Positions 1 through 11,308 of a stretch of 64,000 bases of DNA are shown here, piece after piece. The translations under genes were made by a program, and so were the position numbers. Below the pieces are notes generated by a model. It was not told the origin of the DNA. It ran no database searches and worked only from the letters and a program-made list of their open reading frames with translations. This DNA is from Bacteroidales bacterium (GTDB taxonomy: Bacteria > Bacteroidota > Bacteroidia > Bacteroidales > UBA932), in the NCBI GenBank assembly GCA_017544265.1, contig JAFYEM010000023.1:188-64187 (forward strand), written 5' to 3'. Within the stretch, counting starts at the first letter, position 1; each line of letters opens with the position of its first letter.

Positions 1-368
1 TTGTGGATGGCCACGGCATCCTTCCAGCCGGTGGCCTTCAGGACGAAGGAAAGGTTGTCCTCCACGCTGCGGTCCATCAGGAGCTGGAAATCCTGGAAGA
101 CGACGCCGATCTTGCGGCGCAGGTAGGGCACGTCTTTTGTCCGGATTTTCGACAGATCATATCCGCACACCTGCCCGGAGCCCTTGAGAAGCCGGTTCTC
201 GGCCGTGATGGTCCGGAAGATGGAGGTCTTTCCGCTGCCGACCTTGCCGATGATGTAAACGATCTGGCCGGGGTAGACTTGCATGTCGAGACCGTAAACC
301 ACGGTCACGTCCCCGCCGCGGATGTCCGCATCGGAGAAGGAAATGAGCGGTGCGCTGTTTTCTTCCAT
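1..368 (-). CDS. ftsE: Cell-division ABC ATPase FtsE (N-terminal part, runs off the window)
   Basis: Manual translation of the minus strand from ATG at 368: MEENSAPLISFSDADIRGGDVTVVYGLDMQVYPGQIVYIIGKVGSGKTSIF...YLRRKIGVVFQDFQLLMDRSVEDNLSFVLKATGW. It has a Walker A (GKVGSGKT) and the FtsE-typical LRRKIGVVFQDF. Not in the ORF track; the + strand ORF 3..392 is its shadow. Confidence 0.88.
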   Translation of the reverse strand, partial: MEENSAPLISFSDADIRGGDVTVVYGLDMQVYPGQIVYIIGKVGSGKTSIFRTITAENRLLKGSGQVCGYDLSKIRTKDVPYLRRKIGVVFQDFQLLMDRSVEDNLSFVLKATGWKDAVAIH

Positions 369-398
369 AAAGCAGGTGAAAAAGTTGGATGAACCCTA

Positions 399-406
399 CA
401 AATATA
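399..406 (-). promoter_or_regulatory. Bacteroidetes -7 promoter box (TATATTTG) for ftsE
   Basis: caaatata on + matches TAnnTTTG on -, 30 nt upstream of the ftsE ATG. Confidence 0.55.
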
Positions 407-451
407 GCGCAAAAATGAGTAAATTTGTCACTTTAGAAACAGAATAAGCTT

Positions 452-3424
452 ATGAGGTTGAAAACACTGCTGACCACGTTGCTCGCGCTGGCATGCTGCG
501 CCTCGGCGCCCGCGGCCGCCCAGGACGGCGACCTGCGCTCCTGGGAGCAGGCAATGCGCCTTTACGATGACGGGCTCTACGAACAGGCCCGCATTCGTTT
601 CGAGGAGATGCCCGACGGCCCGCTGAGCGACGGCTACGAAGTGCTCTGCGCCCTGAAGATGCAGACGTCCGACAGCGACGCCCTGCTCTCGGCCTACCGC
701 CTGCGCTATCCGTCGTCGCGCCTGAGCGGCGCGCTCCACCTGGAGCAGGCGCGCATCCTCTTCGACCGGAAGAAGTATCAGCAGGCCGCGACCGAGTTCT
801 CTTTTGTGAGCTCGGCGGACCTGGAGCAGGAAGAGCTTGCGGAATACATTTTCAAGTGCGGCTTCTGCGCCTTCAGCCTGGGCCAGTACGCCGAGGCGAC
901 CCGCTTCTTCACCCTGCTGGAGTCGCTCCCGCTGTCGGACTACACGGCTCCGGGGCGCTACTTCACCGGTATCATGCTGTATGAGAACAAGCAGTTCGCC
1001 GAGGCGGAGGCCAATTTCTGGCTGGCCTCGGCCGACAACCGCTTCCAGGCGCTGACGGATTTCTACATCGTCGACTGCGAATTCAACCAGAAGAACTATG
1101 ACTTCGTGATCCGCGAGGGCTCGCGCATCTACGAGAGCCTCCCGCCCGAGCGTCGCGAGCGCGTGGCGCGCGTGCTCTCGGAGTCGTACCTGATCAAAGG
1201 CGAAAAGGAGAAGGCCCGCGAGTACTACGACGACCTCTCGCACGAGGACATGAACCGCAAGGACTTCTTCTACGCGGGTACGGTGCTCTACTCCGTGAAC
1301 GATTATGCCGGCGCCATCGACAATTTCCTGAACATGGGCAGCCGGGCGGATTCGCTCGGCCAGGTGGCCAACTACCTGCTGGCCAACTCCTACATACGCA
1401 CGCACGACCAGGTGTCGGCGATGCAGGCCTTCTACGACGCCTCGAAGGTGGACTTCGACCCGGAAATCACGGAGGACGCCGCATTCAACTACGCCAAGCT
1501 GGCCTTCGACCTCAATAAGGACACCGCCGGCTTCGCCCGCTACATCGAGCGCTGGTCCACGAAGGCGCGCGGCGACATGATCTATGGCTACATGGCCCTG
1601 GCGGCCCTGGTGGACAAGGACTACGCCGGCGCGGTGGCGGCCTACGACAATATCGACGAGCTGACGCCCGACATGCGGAACAACTACACCAAGGCCAACT
1701 TCCTGCGCGGCGAGCAGCTGTTCGCCAGCGGCTCGTACCGCGACGCGGCCCCGTTCTTCCGGGCCACGGCCTACTACGTCCCCCGCACGGACCGGCTCAA
1801 CCAGCTGTCGCGCTACTGGATGGGCGAGGCCTACTACCGTTCCGGGAATTACAAGGACGCCGGCGACGTGTTCACCGAGCTGCACAACGCCGCCGCGCTG
1901 GACGACCGCATCGAGGGTCGGCTGCTGCCGTACAACATCGGCTACAGCTACTTCAAGCGGGGAGAATACGCCGCTGCGGCCCGCTGGTTCGACAGCTACA
2001 TTGCCTCTGGCGACCCGACGGCGCGCGAGGACGCGATGAACCGCCGGGCGGACTGCGACTTCGGCCGCCGCGACTACAAGGCGGCCGTCAATTCCTACCA
2101 GAAGGTGATGACGGAATACTTCACGCCGGACAACATTTACCCGTACTACCAGCAGGCGGTGGCCTATGGCCTGGCGGGCGACAAGCGCCGCAAGGTGTCC
2201 ACGCTCCTGCATGTCGAGGACGCCACCCCCGGCGTCCCCCTCTACGAGGAGGCGCTCTACGAACTGGGCCGCGCGCAGATGGACCAGAAGGACAACAACG
2301 ACGCGGTCCGCACCTTCACCCGGCTGCGTCACAATACCAAGGACAATACCTGGGTGGCGCGGGCGATGATCGGCCTGGGTATGGTGTACCGCAACATGTC
2401 CGAATATGACGCGGCGCTGGAATACAACAAGGAAGTCGTCCGCCTGATGCCGAACAGCGACTACGCCGGCGAGGCGATGGCGGCGATCGAGTCCATTTAC
2501 ACTGCCCGGCGCCAGCCGGAGAAGTTCCTCGAATACGTGGAGCAGAATTCCCTCGCGCAGGGACGCAGCGACGCCGACCGCGAGAAGATGTATTTCAACA
2601 CCGCCGAGCAGCTCTACCTGGCCGGTAACCATCAGCAGTCTGCGGCCACGCTGCGCAAGTACCTGGAAGAGTATCCGGGCGGCGCCGACCGGCTGCTGGC
2701 GGAGTTCTACCTGGCCGAGTGCTACAACGCCCTCGGCGAGAAGGAGCAGGCCGTCAGCCACTACGCCGCCGCGACCGCGGGCGAGTCCGTCTATTCCTTC
2801 TCCGAGATGGCGCGCCTGCGCTATGCTGAGCTCTCGTACGGGCTGGAGCGCTATCAGGACGCCTTCAAGGGCTATCAGGAGCTGCTCGCCACCGCGCGGA
2901 TGGATGCCAACAAGCAGACCGCCCGCGTGGGCATGATGCGCGCCGCCTACCGGAGCAAGGATTACGCGACGGCGATCTCCTCCGCCGACGAGGTGTCCGC
3001 CCTGCGGGGCCTCTCGGGCGATCTGAAGCGCGAGGCGTCCTTCGTCAAGGCGAAGTCCAGCCTGGCCACCTCGCAGCGCGAGCAGGCGATGCGCCTGTTC
3101 CGCGAACTCGCAAGCGATCCTTCGACGGCCATCGGGGCCGAATCCGAATACCTGGTGATCCAGAACCTCTACGACACCGGCAAGTTCGACGCCGTGGGCG
3201 ATGAGGTGTATGCCTTCTCGCAGAAGGCCGGCGACCAGTCCTACTGGCTGGCGCGGGCGTACCTGACGCTGGGCGACTCCTTCGCGGAGCGCGGGCAGTA
3301 CACCCAGGCCAAGGCCACCTTCGAGAGCATCCGGGACGGTTATGAACCCAACAAGGGCGCTGACGACATCCTCGACAGCGTCAAGATGAGACTGGAACGT
3401 CTCGCCACCCTAATGAATGAGTAA
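452..3424 (+). CDS. Large exported tetratricopeptide-repeat protein
   Basis: 990 aa with an N-terminal signal peptide and many TPR-like helical repeats (A..YY.G..YY..G.Y..A). Divergent from ftsE and overlapping an outer-membrane protein gene, a layout I recall as common in Bacteroidetes. Confidence 0.85.
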   Translation: MRLKTLLTTLLALACCASAPAAAQDGDLRSWEQAMRLYDDGLYEQARIRFEEMPDGPLSDGYEVLCALKMQTSDSDALLSAYRLRYPSSRLSGALHLEQARILFDRKKYQQAATEFSFVSSADLEQEELAEYIFKCGFCAFSLGQYAEATRFFTLLESLPLSDYTAPGRYFTGIMLYENKQFAEAEANFWLASADNRFQALTDFYIVDCEFNQKNYDFVIREGSRIYESLPPERRERVARVLSESYLIKGEKEKAREYYDDLSHEDMNRKDFFYAGTVLYSVNDYAGAIDNFLNMGSRADSLGQVANYLLANSYIRTHDQVSAMQAFYDASKVDFDPEITEDAAFNYAKLAFDLNKDTAGFARYIERWSTKARGDMIYGYMALAALVDKDYAGAVAAYDNIDELTPDMRNNYTKANFLRGEQLFASGSYRDAAPFFRATAYYVPRTDRLNQLSRYWMGEAYYRSGNYKDAGDVFTELHNAAALDDRIEGRLLPYNIGYSYFKRGEYAAAARWFDSYIASGDPTAREDAMNRRADCDFGRRDYKAAVNSYQKVMTEYFTPDNIYPYYQQAVAYGLAGDKRRKVSTLLHVEDATPGVPLYEEALYELGRAQMDQKDNNDAVRTFTRLRHNTKDNTWVARAMIGLGMVYRNMSEYDAALEYNKEVVRLMPNSDYAGEAMAAIESIYTARRQPEKFLEYVEQNSLAQGRSDADREKMYFNTAEQLYLAGNHQQSAATLRKYLEEYPGGADRLLAEFYLAECYNALGEKEQAVSHYAAATAGESVYSFSEMARLRYAELSYGLERYQDAFKGYQELLATARMDANKQTARVGMMRAAYRSKDYATAISSADEVSALRGLSGDLKREASFVKAKSSLATSQREQAMRLFRELASDPSTAIGAESEYLVIQNLYDTGKFDAVGDEVYAFSQKAGDQSYWLARAYLTLGDSFAERGQYTQAKATFESIRDGYEPNKGADDILDSVKMRLERLATLMNE

Positions 3425-5075
3425 GCGTATGAAAAGAATCAATCTGGCAATTGCCGTGATGGCGCTCTGCGCGCCGCTTTCCGCACAGAATATCAACCAG
3501 TCCGTGCAGGTGACCAACGATTACGTGTCCCGTTTCTCGGACTTCCAGAAGACGACCATGGGCCTGCAGGTACCGGACTCGCTGTACCGCTTCGACTATG
3601 CGTTCGACTATTCGGTCTTCGAGACGCCCTACAAGGGCTCCTACGAGTTCTCTCCGTACCGGATCGCCGTGACGCCCGAGGCGCGTCTGTATGACGGCAG
3701 CAAGTTCTTCCTGCGCGCCGGAGCGGGCTACTCCATCCATCCGCAGTTCGAGATGGCCTGGCAGATGTTCCAGTCCCAGGACTTTGCCATCGGCGTTTTC
3801 GCCGAAGCGGGGGGCTACGCGGGCAAGTACAGCCGCCGCGGGGTGGCCGACCCCTTCTCCGGCCATGACCTGAGCGGCCGCGTCGGCCTGGGCGGTCAGT
3901 ACCTGCGTCCGGCGACACGCCTGTCCTATCACTTCGGCTACGAAGGCATCTTTGCCGGCATGGACGGGGCGGATCCGTACTATCGCAGCGGCTTCAGCTC
4001 CGTCATCGCGGCGGGCCGCATCCAGTCGCGCGAGCGGCCGGGCAACCAGATGTTCTACGACATAGACGTGCAGTACCGTTACTCCAGCGATGAAGGTCGC
4101 GTGCAGGGGGAAGCCCGCGCTTCGGGTGAGAACAACCTCCGCGTGGCCCTGTCGGCCGGTCCGGTGCTTGCCAGCAAGTATCGCATCCTGGTGGACGGCA
4201 TCTTCGAGCTGGAATCGCTGCGTGGCGAGGATTTCCTTTCGGGTTCCGCCCTGCACGGCGAGATGTTCGGCGGCAGGCGGATGGCCTGTCTGGGGACCAT
4301 CAAGCCGCACGTGGACTTCCTGCTGGGGCCGGTCCGGCTGGACGCTGGCGTCCGGGTGGATTACACCAAGGGAACGGAGCAGGGCGCCTTCACCGTCTCG
4401 CCGGACGTGACGGCCCGGATGGCGCTGCTGGACGCGGATATGGAACTGACGGCCAGCGTGAGCGGCGGACAGTATATCCAGAGCCACTACGCCGTCAAGC
4501 AGATCAACCACTTCGCTTTCCTGAAGGGCTCTTCCGCCAAGATTTCCCGCGAGAAGATCCATATCCGTGCAGGTGTGCAGGGACACGTGCGGTCCCGCCT
4601 GCAGTATGAGATCCAGGCCGGCTATGTCTCCTACCTGGGCATGCCGCTCGCTTCGCTCTACGGTGTGGAGCCGGTGGACTACGATTCCGCTTACATCCAG
4701 GGCCGCTTCTCCTGGCGCGGCCCCCGGCTGGAGCTGGACCTCACGGGCGGATACAGCTACCTCCGCCTGTACGGCAACTCCGCCGCCTACGCCCCGCCCG
4801 CAGCCACGGGCGAGCTGCGCGGCCGTTACAACTGGGACAACCGCTTCTGGCTGGGTCTCTTCGTGGAGGCGCAGTCCTCGCGCCTGTCGCTGGCCGGAGA
4901 CCGCGTGTGGATGCCCTGGTTCGTGAATCCGGGCCTGACGCTCGAGTATCAGGCCAGCGCCCGCTGGAGCTTCTGGGCCGAGGCGGGCAACCTCCTGGGA
5001 ATGGCCATCGAGCGGGCCCCGGGCTTCGTTGAAAAAGGCCAGTACGGGACTGTTGGTTTCAGCCTCAAACTGTAG
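3417..5075 (+). CDS. Outer-membrane beta-barrel protein (TonB-receptor-like/putative porin); start may be ATG 3429
   Basis: Signal peptide, alternating aromatic beta-strand pattern, C-terminal GTVGFSLKL. Overlaps the TPR gene stop. Confidence 0.65.
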   Translation: MSKRMKRINLAIAVMALCAPLSAQNINQSVQVTNDYVSRFSDFQKTTMGLQVPDSLYRFDYAFDYSVFETPYKGSYEFSPYRIAVTPEARLYDGSKFFLRAGAGYSIHPQFEMAWQMFQSQDFAIGVFAEAGGYAGKYSRRGVADPFSGHDLSGRVGLGGQYLRPATRLSYHFGYEGIFAGMDGADPYYRSGFSSVIAAGRIQSRERPGNQMFYDIDVQYRYSSDEGRVQGEARASGENNLRVALSAGPVLASKYRILVDGIFELESLRGEDFLSGSALHGEMFGGRRMACLGTIKPHVDFLLGPVRLDAGVRVDYTKGTEQGAFTVSPDVTARMALLDADMELTASVSGGQYIQSHYAVKQINHFAFLKGSSAKISREKIHIRAGVQGHVRSRLQYEIQAGYVSYLGMPLASLYGVEPVDYDSAYIQGRFSWRGPRLELDLTGGYSYLRLYGNSAAYAPPAATGELRGRYNWDNRFWLGLFVEAQSSRLSLAGDRVWMPWFVNPGLTLEYQASARWSFWAEAGNLLGMAIERAPGFVEKGQYGTVGFSLKL

Positions 5076-5095
5076 GAAAATCCGGTAGAATTTCG

Positions 5096-5103
5096 TACCT
5101 TTG
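5096..5103 (+). promoter_or_regulatory. -7 promoter box (TACCTTTG) for gyrB
   Basis: Matches TAnnTTTG, 27 nt upstream of the ATG. Confidence 0.55.
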
Positions 5104-5124
5104 ACGGATTTTAAGAGATACTAA

Positions 5125-7140
<2,016 letters not shown>

Positions 7141-7145
7141 AAAGC

Positions 7146-7171
7146 TTGTCATCCCGAGCATAAGAGATCTC
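7146..7171 (+). repeat. Single REP-like element (TTGTCATCCCGAGC...AGAGATCTC)
   Basis: Shares the TGTCATCYCGA head and an AGAGA tail with the reverse complement of the repeats at 43567-43629. Lies in the gyrB 3' intergenic gap. Confidence 0.45.
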
Positions 7172-7188
7172 AAAACCAATAACAAACA

Positions 7189-8451
7189 ATGCTGGACATA
7201 TTTGACAGAATAGAAAGAGATTCCGGAGGCCCCATCGGACAGTATTTCGAGCAGGGATTCGGCTACTACATGTATCCCCGCCTGGAAGGAGAACTCGGCC
7301 CCCACATGACCTTCAACGGCATTCCGGTGCTGAACTGGAGCCTTAACAACTACCTCGGACTGGCGAACCATCCCGAAGTGCGCAAAGCGGACGCGGAAGC
7401 TGCCGCCCAGTGGGGCCTGGCCTATCCCATGGGCGCCCGCATGATGTCCGGGCATACCCGCTATCACGAAAAGCTCGAGAAAATCTTCGCCGGTTTCGAG
7501 AAGAAGGAAGACGCCTTCCTGTTCAACTTCGGTTACCAGGGAATAGTTTCCGCGATAGACGCCCTCACCGCCCGTCATGACGTGATTGTCTATGACGCCG
7601 AATGCCACGCCTGCCTTCTGGACGGCATCCGCCTGCACATAGGCAGCAAGTACAAATACCGTCACAACAACATGGCGGACTGCGAGAAAGTCCTCGCCAG
7701 AGCCTGTGCCGAGGCCGATGAATCCGGCGGCGGCGTGCTTCTGATAACCGAGGGTGTCTATGGCATGACCGGCGCTCTTGGAAAGCTGGACGGAATCGTG
7801 GCCCTGAAGAAAAAATATCCTTTCCGCATACTGATCGACGACGCCCACGGTTTCGGGCTTCTCGGCGAGCACGGCCGCGGCACCTCCGAGCATTTCGGGG
7901 TGATGGACGAAATAGACCTGTATATCGGCGCTTTCGCGAAGAGCATGGCCTCCATCGGCGGTTTCATAGCCGGGCCTCACTCCATCATAAACTATCTGAG
8001 GATGAACATGCGCTCGCAGATGTACGCCAAGAGCCTTCCCATGGCGCTCGTCCTGGGCAATATAAAGCGTATGGAAATTATAGATTCCCCGGAGGGCGAC
8101 GAGCTGCGCGCAAAGTGCTGGAAGATTACCCATGCCATCCAGGACGGCTTCAGGGCCGAGGGCTTTGATATCGGCGAGGCAGAGGCATGCGTTACGCCGG
8201 TTCATATCAAGGGCGGCGTCGCCCAGGCTACCAAGATGGCCAAGGACCTTCGTGAGAACTACCGCATCTTCTGCTCCATGGTGATTTATCCCGTCATTCC
8301 GAAGGGCATGATTATTTTCCGCATCGTTTCCACGGCGGCACACAGCATGGAGGATGTCGAGTACACCCTCAGGGCCTTCAAGGAGATTAAGGCCAAACTG
8401 GATGCAGGCGCCTATGACGGCGACGATATAGCCGAAATGAAGATAGAGTAA
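7189..8451 (+). CDS. sulA: PLP-dependent alpha-oxoamine synthase, probably cysteate acyl-ACP transferase (SulA/CapB-like, sulfonolipid synthesis)
   Basis: SLNNYLGLANHP, DDAHGFG, PLP lysine in AFAK(251)S, plus RSQMYAK(281)SLP. These resemble my recollection of Alistipes SulA/Flavobacterium CFAT rather than BioF or Bacteroides serine palmitoyltransferase (FSKS). AOS family is certain; substrate is inferred. Confidence 0.7.
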   Translation: MLDIFDRIERDSGGPIGQYFEQGFGYYMYPRLEGELGPHMTFNGIPVLNWSLNNYLGLANHPEVRKADAEAAAQWGLAYPMGARMMSGHTRYHEKLEKIFAGFEKKEDAFLFNFGYQGIVSAIDALTARHDVIVYDAECHACLLDGIRLHIGSKYKYRHNNMADCEKVLARACAEADESGGGVLLITEGVYGMTGALGKLDGIVALKKKYPFRILIDDAHGFGLLGEHGRGTSEHFGVMDEIDLYIGAFAKSMASIGGFIAGPHSIINYLRMNMRSQMYAKSLPMALVLGNIKRMEIIDSPEGDELRAKCWKITHAIQDGFRAEGFDIGEAEACVTPVHIKGGVAQATKMAKDLRENYRIFCSMVIYPVIPKGMIIFRIVSTAAHSMEDVEYTLRAFKEIKAKLDAGAYDGDDIAEMKIE

Positions 8452-9258
8452 ATGGATTTTTTCAAGGATAAGGTCGTAATAGTCACAGGGGCGAGCAGCG
8501 GAATCGGGCTTGCTGCGGCGAGGCGTTTCGGCTCCGCCGGCGCGAAGGTCGTGATGGCTGCGCGTTCGCTGGATAAAATGCTGGACCTTGCTCCTTCGGT
8601 GGGGGAGGATGTGCTCTGCGTCAAGGCGGACGTGAGCGTCGAGTCGGATTGCCGCGAGATTATAGACCAGACTATCGCGCGCTGGGGCCGCATAGACATA
8701 CTTGTCAATAATGCGGGGCTGTCCATGAGGGCGATGGTGCGCGACATGGACCTTTCCGTCATCCGCCGTCTTATGGACGTAAATTTCTGGGGCACAGTTT
8801 ATTGCACTAAATATGCTCTGCCTCATCTGCTTGCGTCCAAAGGTCAGGTGGTGGGTGTCGTAAGTATCGCCGCTTACAGCGCACTGCCAGCCCGCAGCGG
8901 TTACAGCTCCTCCAAATATGCCGTCCGGGGCTTCCTGGACACCCTTCGCATCGAGCATCTTAAAGACGGTCTCGGGGTGCTTGTGTTCGCTCCGGGCTAC
9001 ACTTCCTCCAATGTCCGAAATGCCGCCCTGACTGCTGACGGTACGCCCCAGGGCGAGACTCCGCTGGAGGAGGGCAAACTGATGAGCGCCGAGGAGTGTG
9101 CGGACATTCTCGCACGAGCCCTTTCGAAACGCCGTTCAGAGGTGATTCTTACCCCTCTGGGGAAAGCTACTGTGTTCATGCACAGGCTCTTCCCCCGCCT
9201 GACAGACAGGATGACCTACAGTTTTATCGCCAAAGAGAAAGACAGTCCCTTCAAATGA
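8452..9258 (+). CDS. Short-chain dehydrogenase/reductase, candidate 3-dehydrocapnine reductase
   Basis: TGASSGIG, NNAG and YSSSK catalytic motifs. Starts immediately after the AOS stop codon. Confidence 0.85.
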   Translation: MDFFKDKVVIVTGASSGIGLAAARRFGSAGAKVVMAARSLDKMLDLAPSVGEDVLCVKADVSVESDCREIIDQTIARWGRIDILVNNAGLSMRAMVRDMDLSVIRRLMDVNFWGTVYCTKYALPHLLASKGQVVGVVSIAAYSALPARSGYSSSKYAVRGFLDTLRIEHLKDGLGVLVFAPGYTSSNVRNAALTADGTPQGETPLEEGKLMSAEECADILARALSKRRSEVILTPLGKATVFMHRLFPRLTDRMTYSFIAKEKDSPFK

Positions 9259-11291
9259 AACCTCCGAAAATACGCCGCACTTTCATTCCGCTGATAATCG
9301 TTTTCGTCATCCTTTCGCTGATTATGCCCAGGACGGCGAAGTTTGGTTATGACTACCGCAAAGGCTCTCCCTGGCCCTACGAAACCCTGATTTCCCAGTT
9401 CGATTTTCCTCTTCTGAAGACTGAAGAAGAGATGCTCCAGGAGATGGAACAGCGCTCGGAGCGGGTCATTCCCTATTTCCGTTTCAGCGAGGAGGTGGTG
9501 AATACGGTTCAGAAAAATCTTTCCGCCCTGGATCTCAGCGACTATCCTTCGGTGAAGCAGGCCGCTGCCCTGAAGATTTCGGAGATATACTCCCGAGGAG
9601 TTATTTCAGATTCAAAGCTGAAGCTGGACAAAGGCTCTGAAGCGGTTTCCACCGAAGTCCTCTATATCCAGAAAAACAAACGCGTATCCAAACATCCCTA
9701 TTCCGAGGTCTATAAGGTCTCGGATGCCAGGGAAAAACTCTCGGCAGACCTTTCCCGGCAGTTTTCGTCAGTGAATGTGGATTCGCTGCTGAAAAAGAGG
9801 GGAGTGCCGGACATAATAGTCCCGAACCTCATTTTCGACAAGTCGATGACCGAACTCAGTTTCGCGGAGTTCTCAGACCAGGTGTCACCCACTTCCGGCT
9901 ACATCAGCGCGGACCGGAAGATCGTCTCCAAAGGGGAGATCGTAACTCCGGAGATAGCCCAGATGCTGGATTCCTATAAGGCTGAATACAACAAAGTCTT
10001 CGGCTACGACGGCCCGAGAATACTCCTGTACATAGGAAATGTGCTTATGGCCCTGGCTCTGGTGGTGATACTCTACTTCTGCATTTTCTTCACCAATCCC
10101 AACATATTCCGCGACTGGAACCGATATCTCTACCTGCTGACCATTTTCCTGCTTTCCAGCGTCGCGGCCTTCACATTTGAGAAAATAAATCCGGACCTTC
10201 TGTATCTGGTGCCCTTCTCGGTATTCGCCCTCTATCTGATGGCCTTCTTCTCCACCAGGGTAGTTATACCGGTCTATATCCTGTCGTTGCTGCCGCTGCT
10301 GATTTTCTCCTCCGGCGGGGCCGAGCTTTTCGTCATTTACCTGATCGGCGGAGTCATATCCCTCAGCTCCTTCAAGTCCTTCGGCAGGGGTTGGCTGCAG
10401 TTCGTCCATGCACTTATCGTTTTCCTCGTGCAGATCGTGGTCTATTCGGCCTTCCGCTTCATAGACGCCGGCTCCGCCAGCGTACTGCGTCCGGCGGTAT
10501 TCCTTTTCCTGGGGTCTATGCTGTCGGTGGCCGCCTATCCGCTGATTTATCTCTTCGAGAAGATTTTCAACCTGGTGTCCACTACGCGCCTCAGGGAGCT
10601 TGCGGACACCAACAACCGTCTTCTCCAGCAGCTTTCTGCCAAGGCTCCCGGAACCTTCCAGCACTGCCTCCAGGTCATGAACATGGCCGATGCAGCTGCC
10701 CGTTCGCTGGATGCCAATGTGCCCCTTATACGCGCAGGAGCCCTTTATCACGATCTCGGAAAGATGAAGAATCCGCTCTGTTTCATTGAGAATGAATCCA
10801 CCAATCCGGGAGCAGAGGGCTATCATTCCAGCCTTACTCCAAGGGAAAGCGCCCGCGACATTATCCGTCACGTGCCTGACGGAATCGAGATTGCCAGGGC
10901 GGAAGGCCTTCCCCAGGTGATTCAGGATTTCATTCTCACTCATCACGGCACAACCTGTACCAAGTACTTTTATACCAAATACCTGAATGAAGGCGGAGAT
11001 CCTGCCGAGACCTCGGATTTCTTCTATCCCGGCCGCAAGCCCACCTCCAAGGAGCAGATAATACTCATGGTCTGCGATTCTGTCGAGGCGGCTTCCCGTA
11101 CCCTCAAGAGTTACACTCCGGAGGCCTTCGACAAGTTCGTCGAAGATATAGTCGCCGGCAAGATGGAAGAAGGCCAGTTCGAGAATGCTGATATATCCAT
11201 ACGCGAAATCACCACACTCAAGAGTGTGCTCAAGACCTATCTCTCCCAGATTTATCATGAGAGGGTAGAATACCCCCATCCGAAAAATTAA
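9255..11291 (+). CDS. 7TM-HD membrane phosphohydrolase (PgpH-like)
   Basis: Real start MKPPK at 9255 (ATGA overlap with the SDR stop). N-terminal TM, extracellular domain, about 7 TM helices, then PGTFQH...LYHDLGK...HHGT...DSVEAA. Confidence 0.88.
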   Translation: MKPPKIRRTFIPLIIVFVILSLIMPRTAKFGYDYRKGSPWPYETLISQFDFPLLKTEEEMLQEMEQRSERVIPYFRFSEEVVNTVQKNLSALDLSDYPSVKQAAALKISEIYSRGVISDSKLKLDKGSEAVSTEVLYIQKNKRVSKHPYSEVYKVSDAREKLSADLSRQFSSVNVDSLLKKRGVPDIIVPNLIFDKSMTELSFAEFSDQVSPTSGYISADRKIVSKGEIVTPEIAQMLDSYKAEYNKVFGYDGPRILLYIGNVLMALALVVILYFCIFFTNPNIFRDWNRYLYLLTIFLLSSVAAFTFEKINPDLLYLVPFSVFALYLMAFFSTRVVIPVYILSLLPLLIFSSGGAELFVIYLIGGVISLSSFKSFGRGWLQFVHALIVFLVQIVVYSAFRFIDAGSASVLRPAVFLFLGSMLSVAAYPLIYLFEKIFNLVSTTRLRELADTNNRLLQQLSAKAPGTFQHCLQVMNMADAAARSLDANVPLIRAGALYHDLGKMKNPLCFIENESTNPGAEGYHSSLTPRESARDIIRHVPDGIEIARAEGLPQVIQDFILTHHGTTCTKYFYTKYLNEGGDPAETSDFFYPGRKPTSKEQIILMVCDSVEAASRTLKSYTPEAFDKFVEDIVAGKMEEGQFENADISIREITTLKSVLKTYLSQIYHERVEYPHPKN

Positions 11292-11308
11292 TCAATCAAA
11301 AATACAGT

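Noticed and set aside
7189-8451. bioF or serine palmitoyltransferase call
   Set aside because: No biotin genes nearby, and the FAKS / YAKSLP motifs differ from the FSKS / FSAS pattern I recall for Bacteroides SPT. SulA/CapB-like is preferred but not proven.
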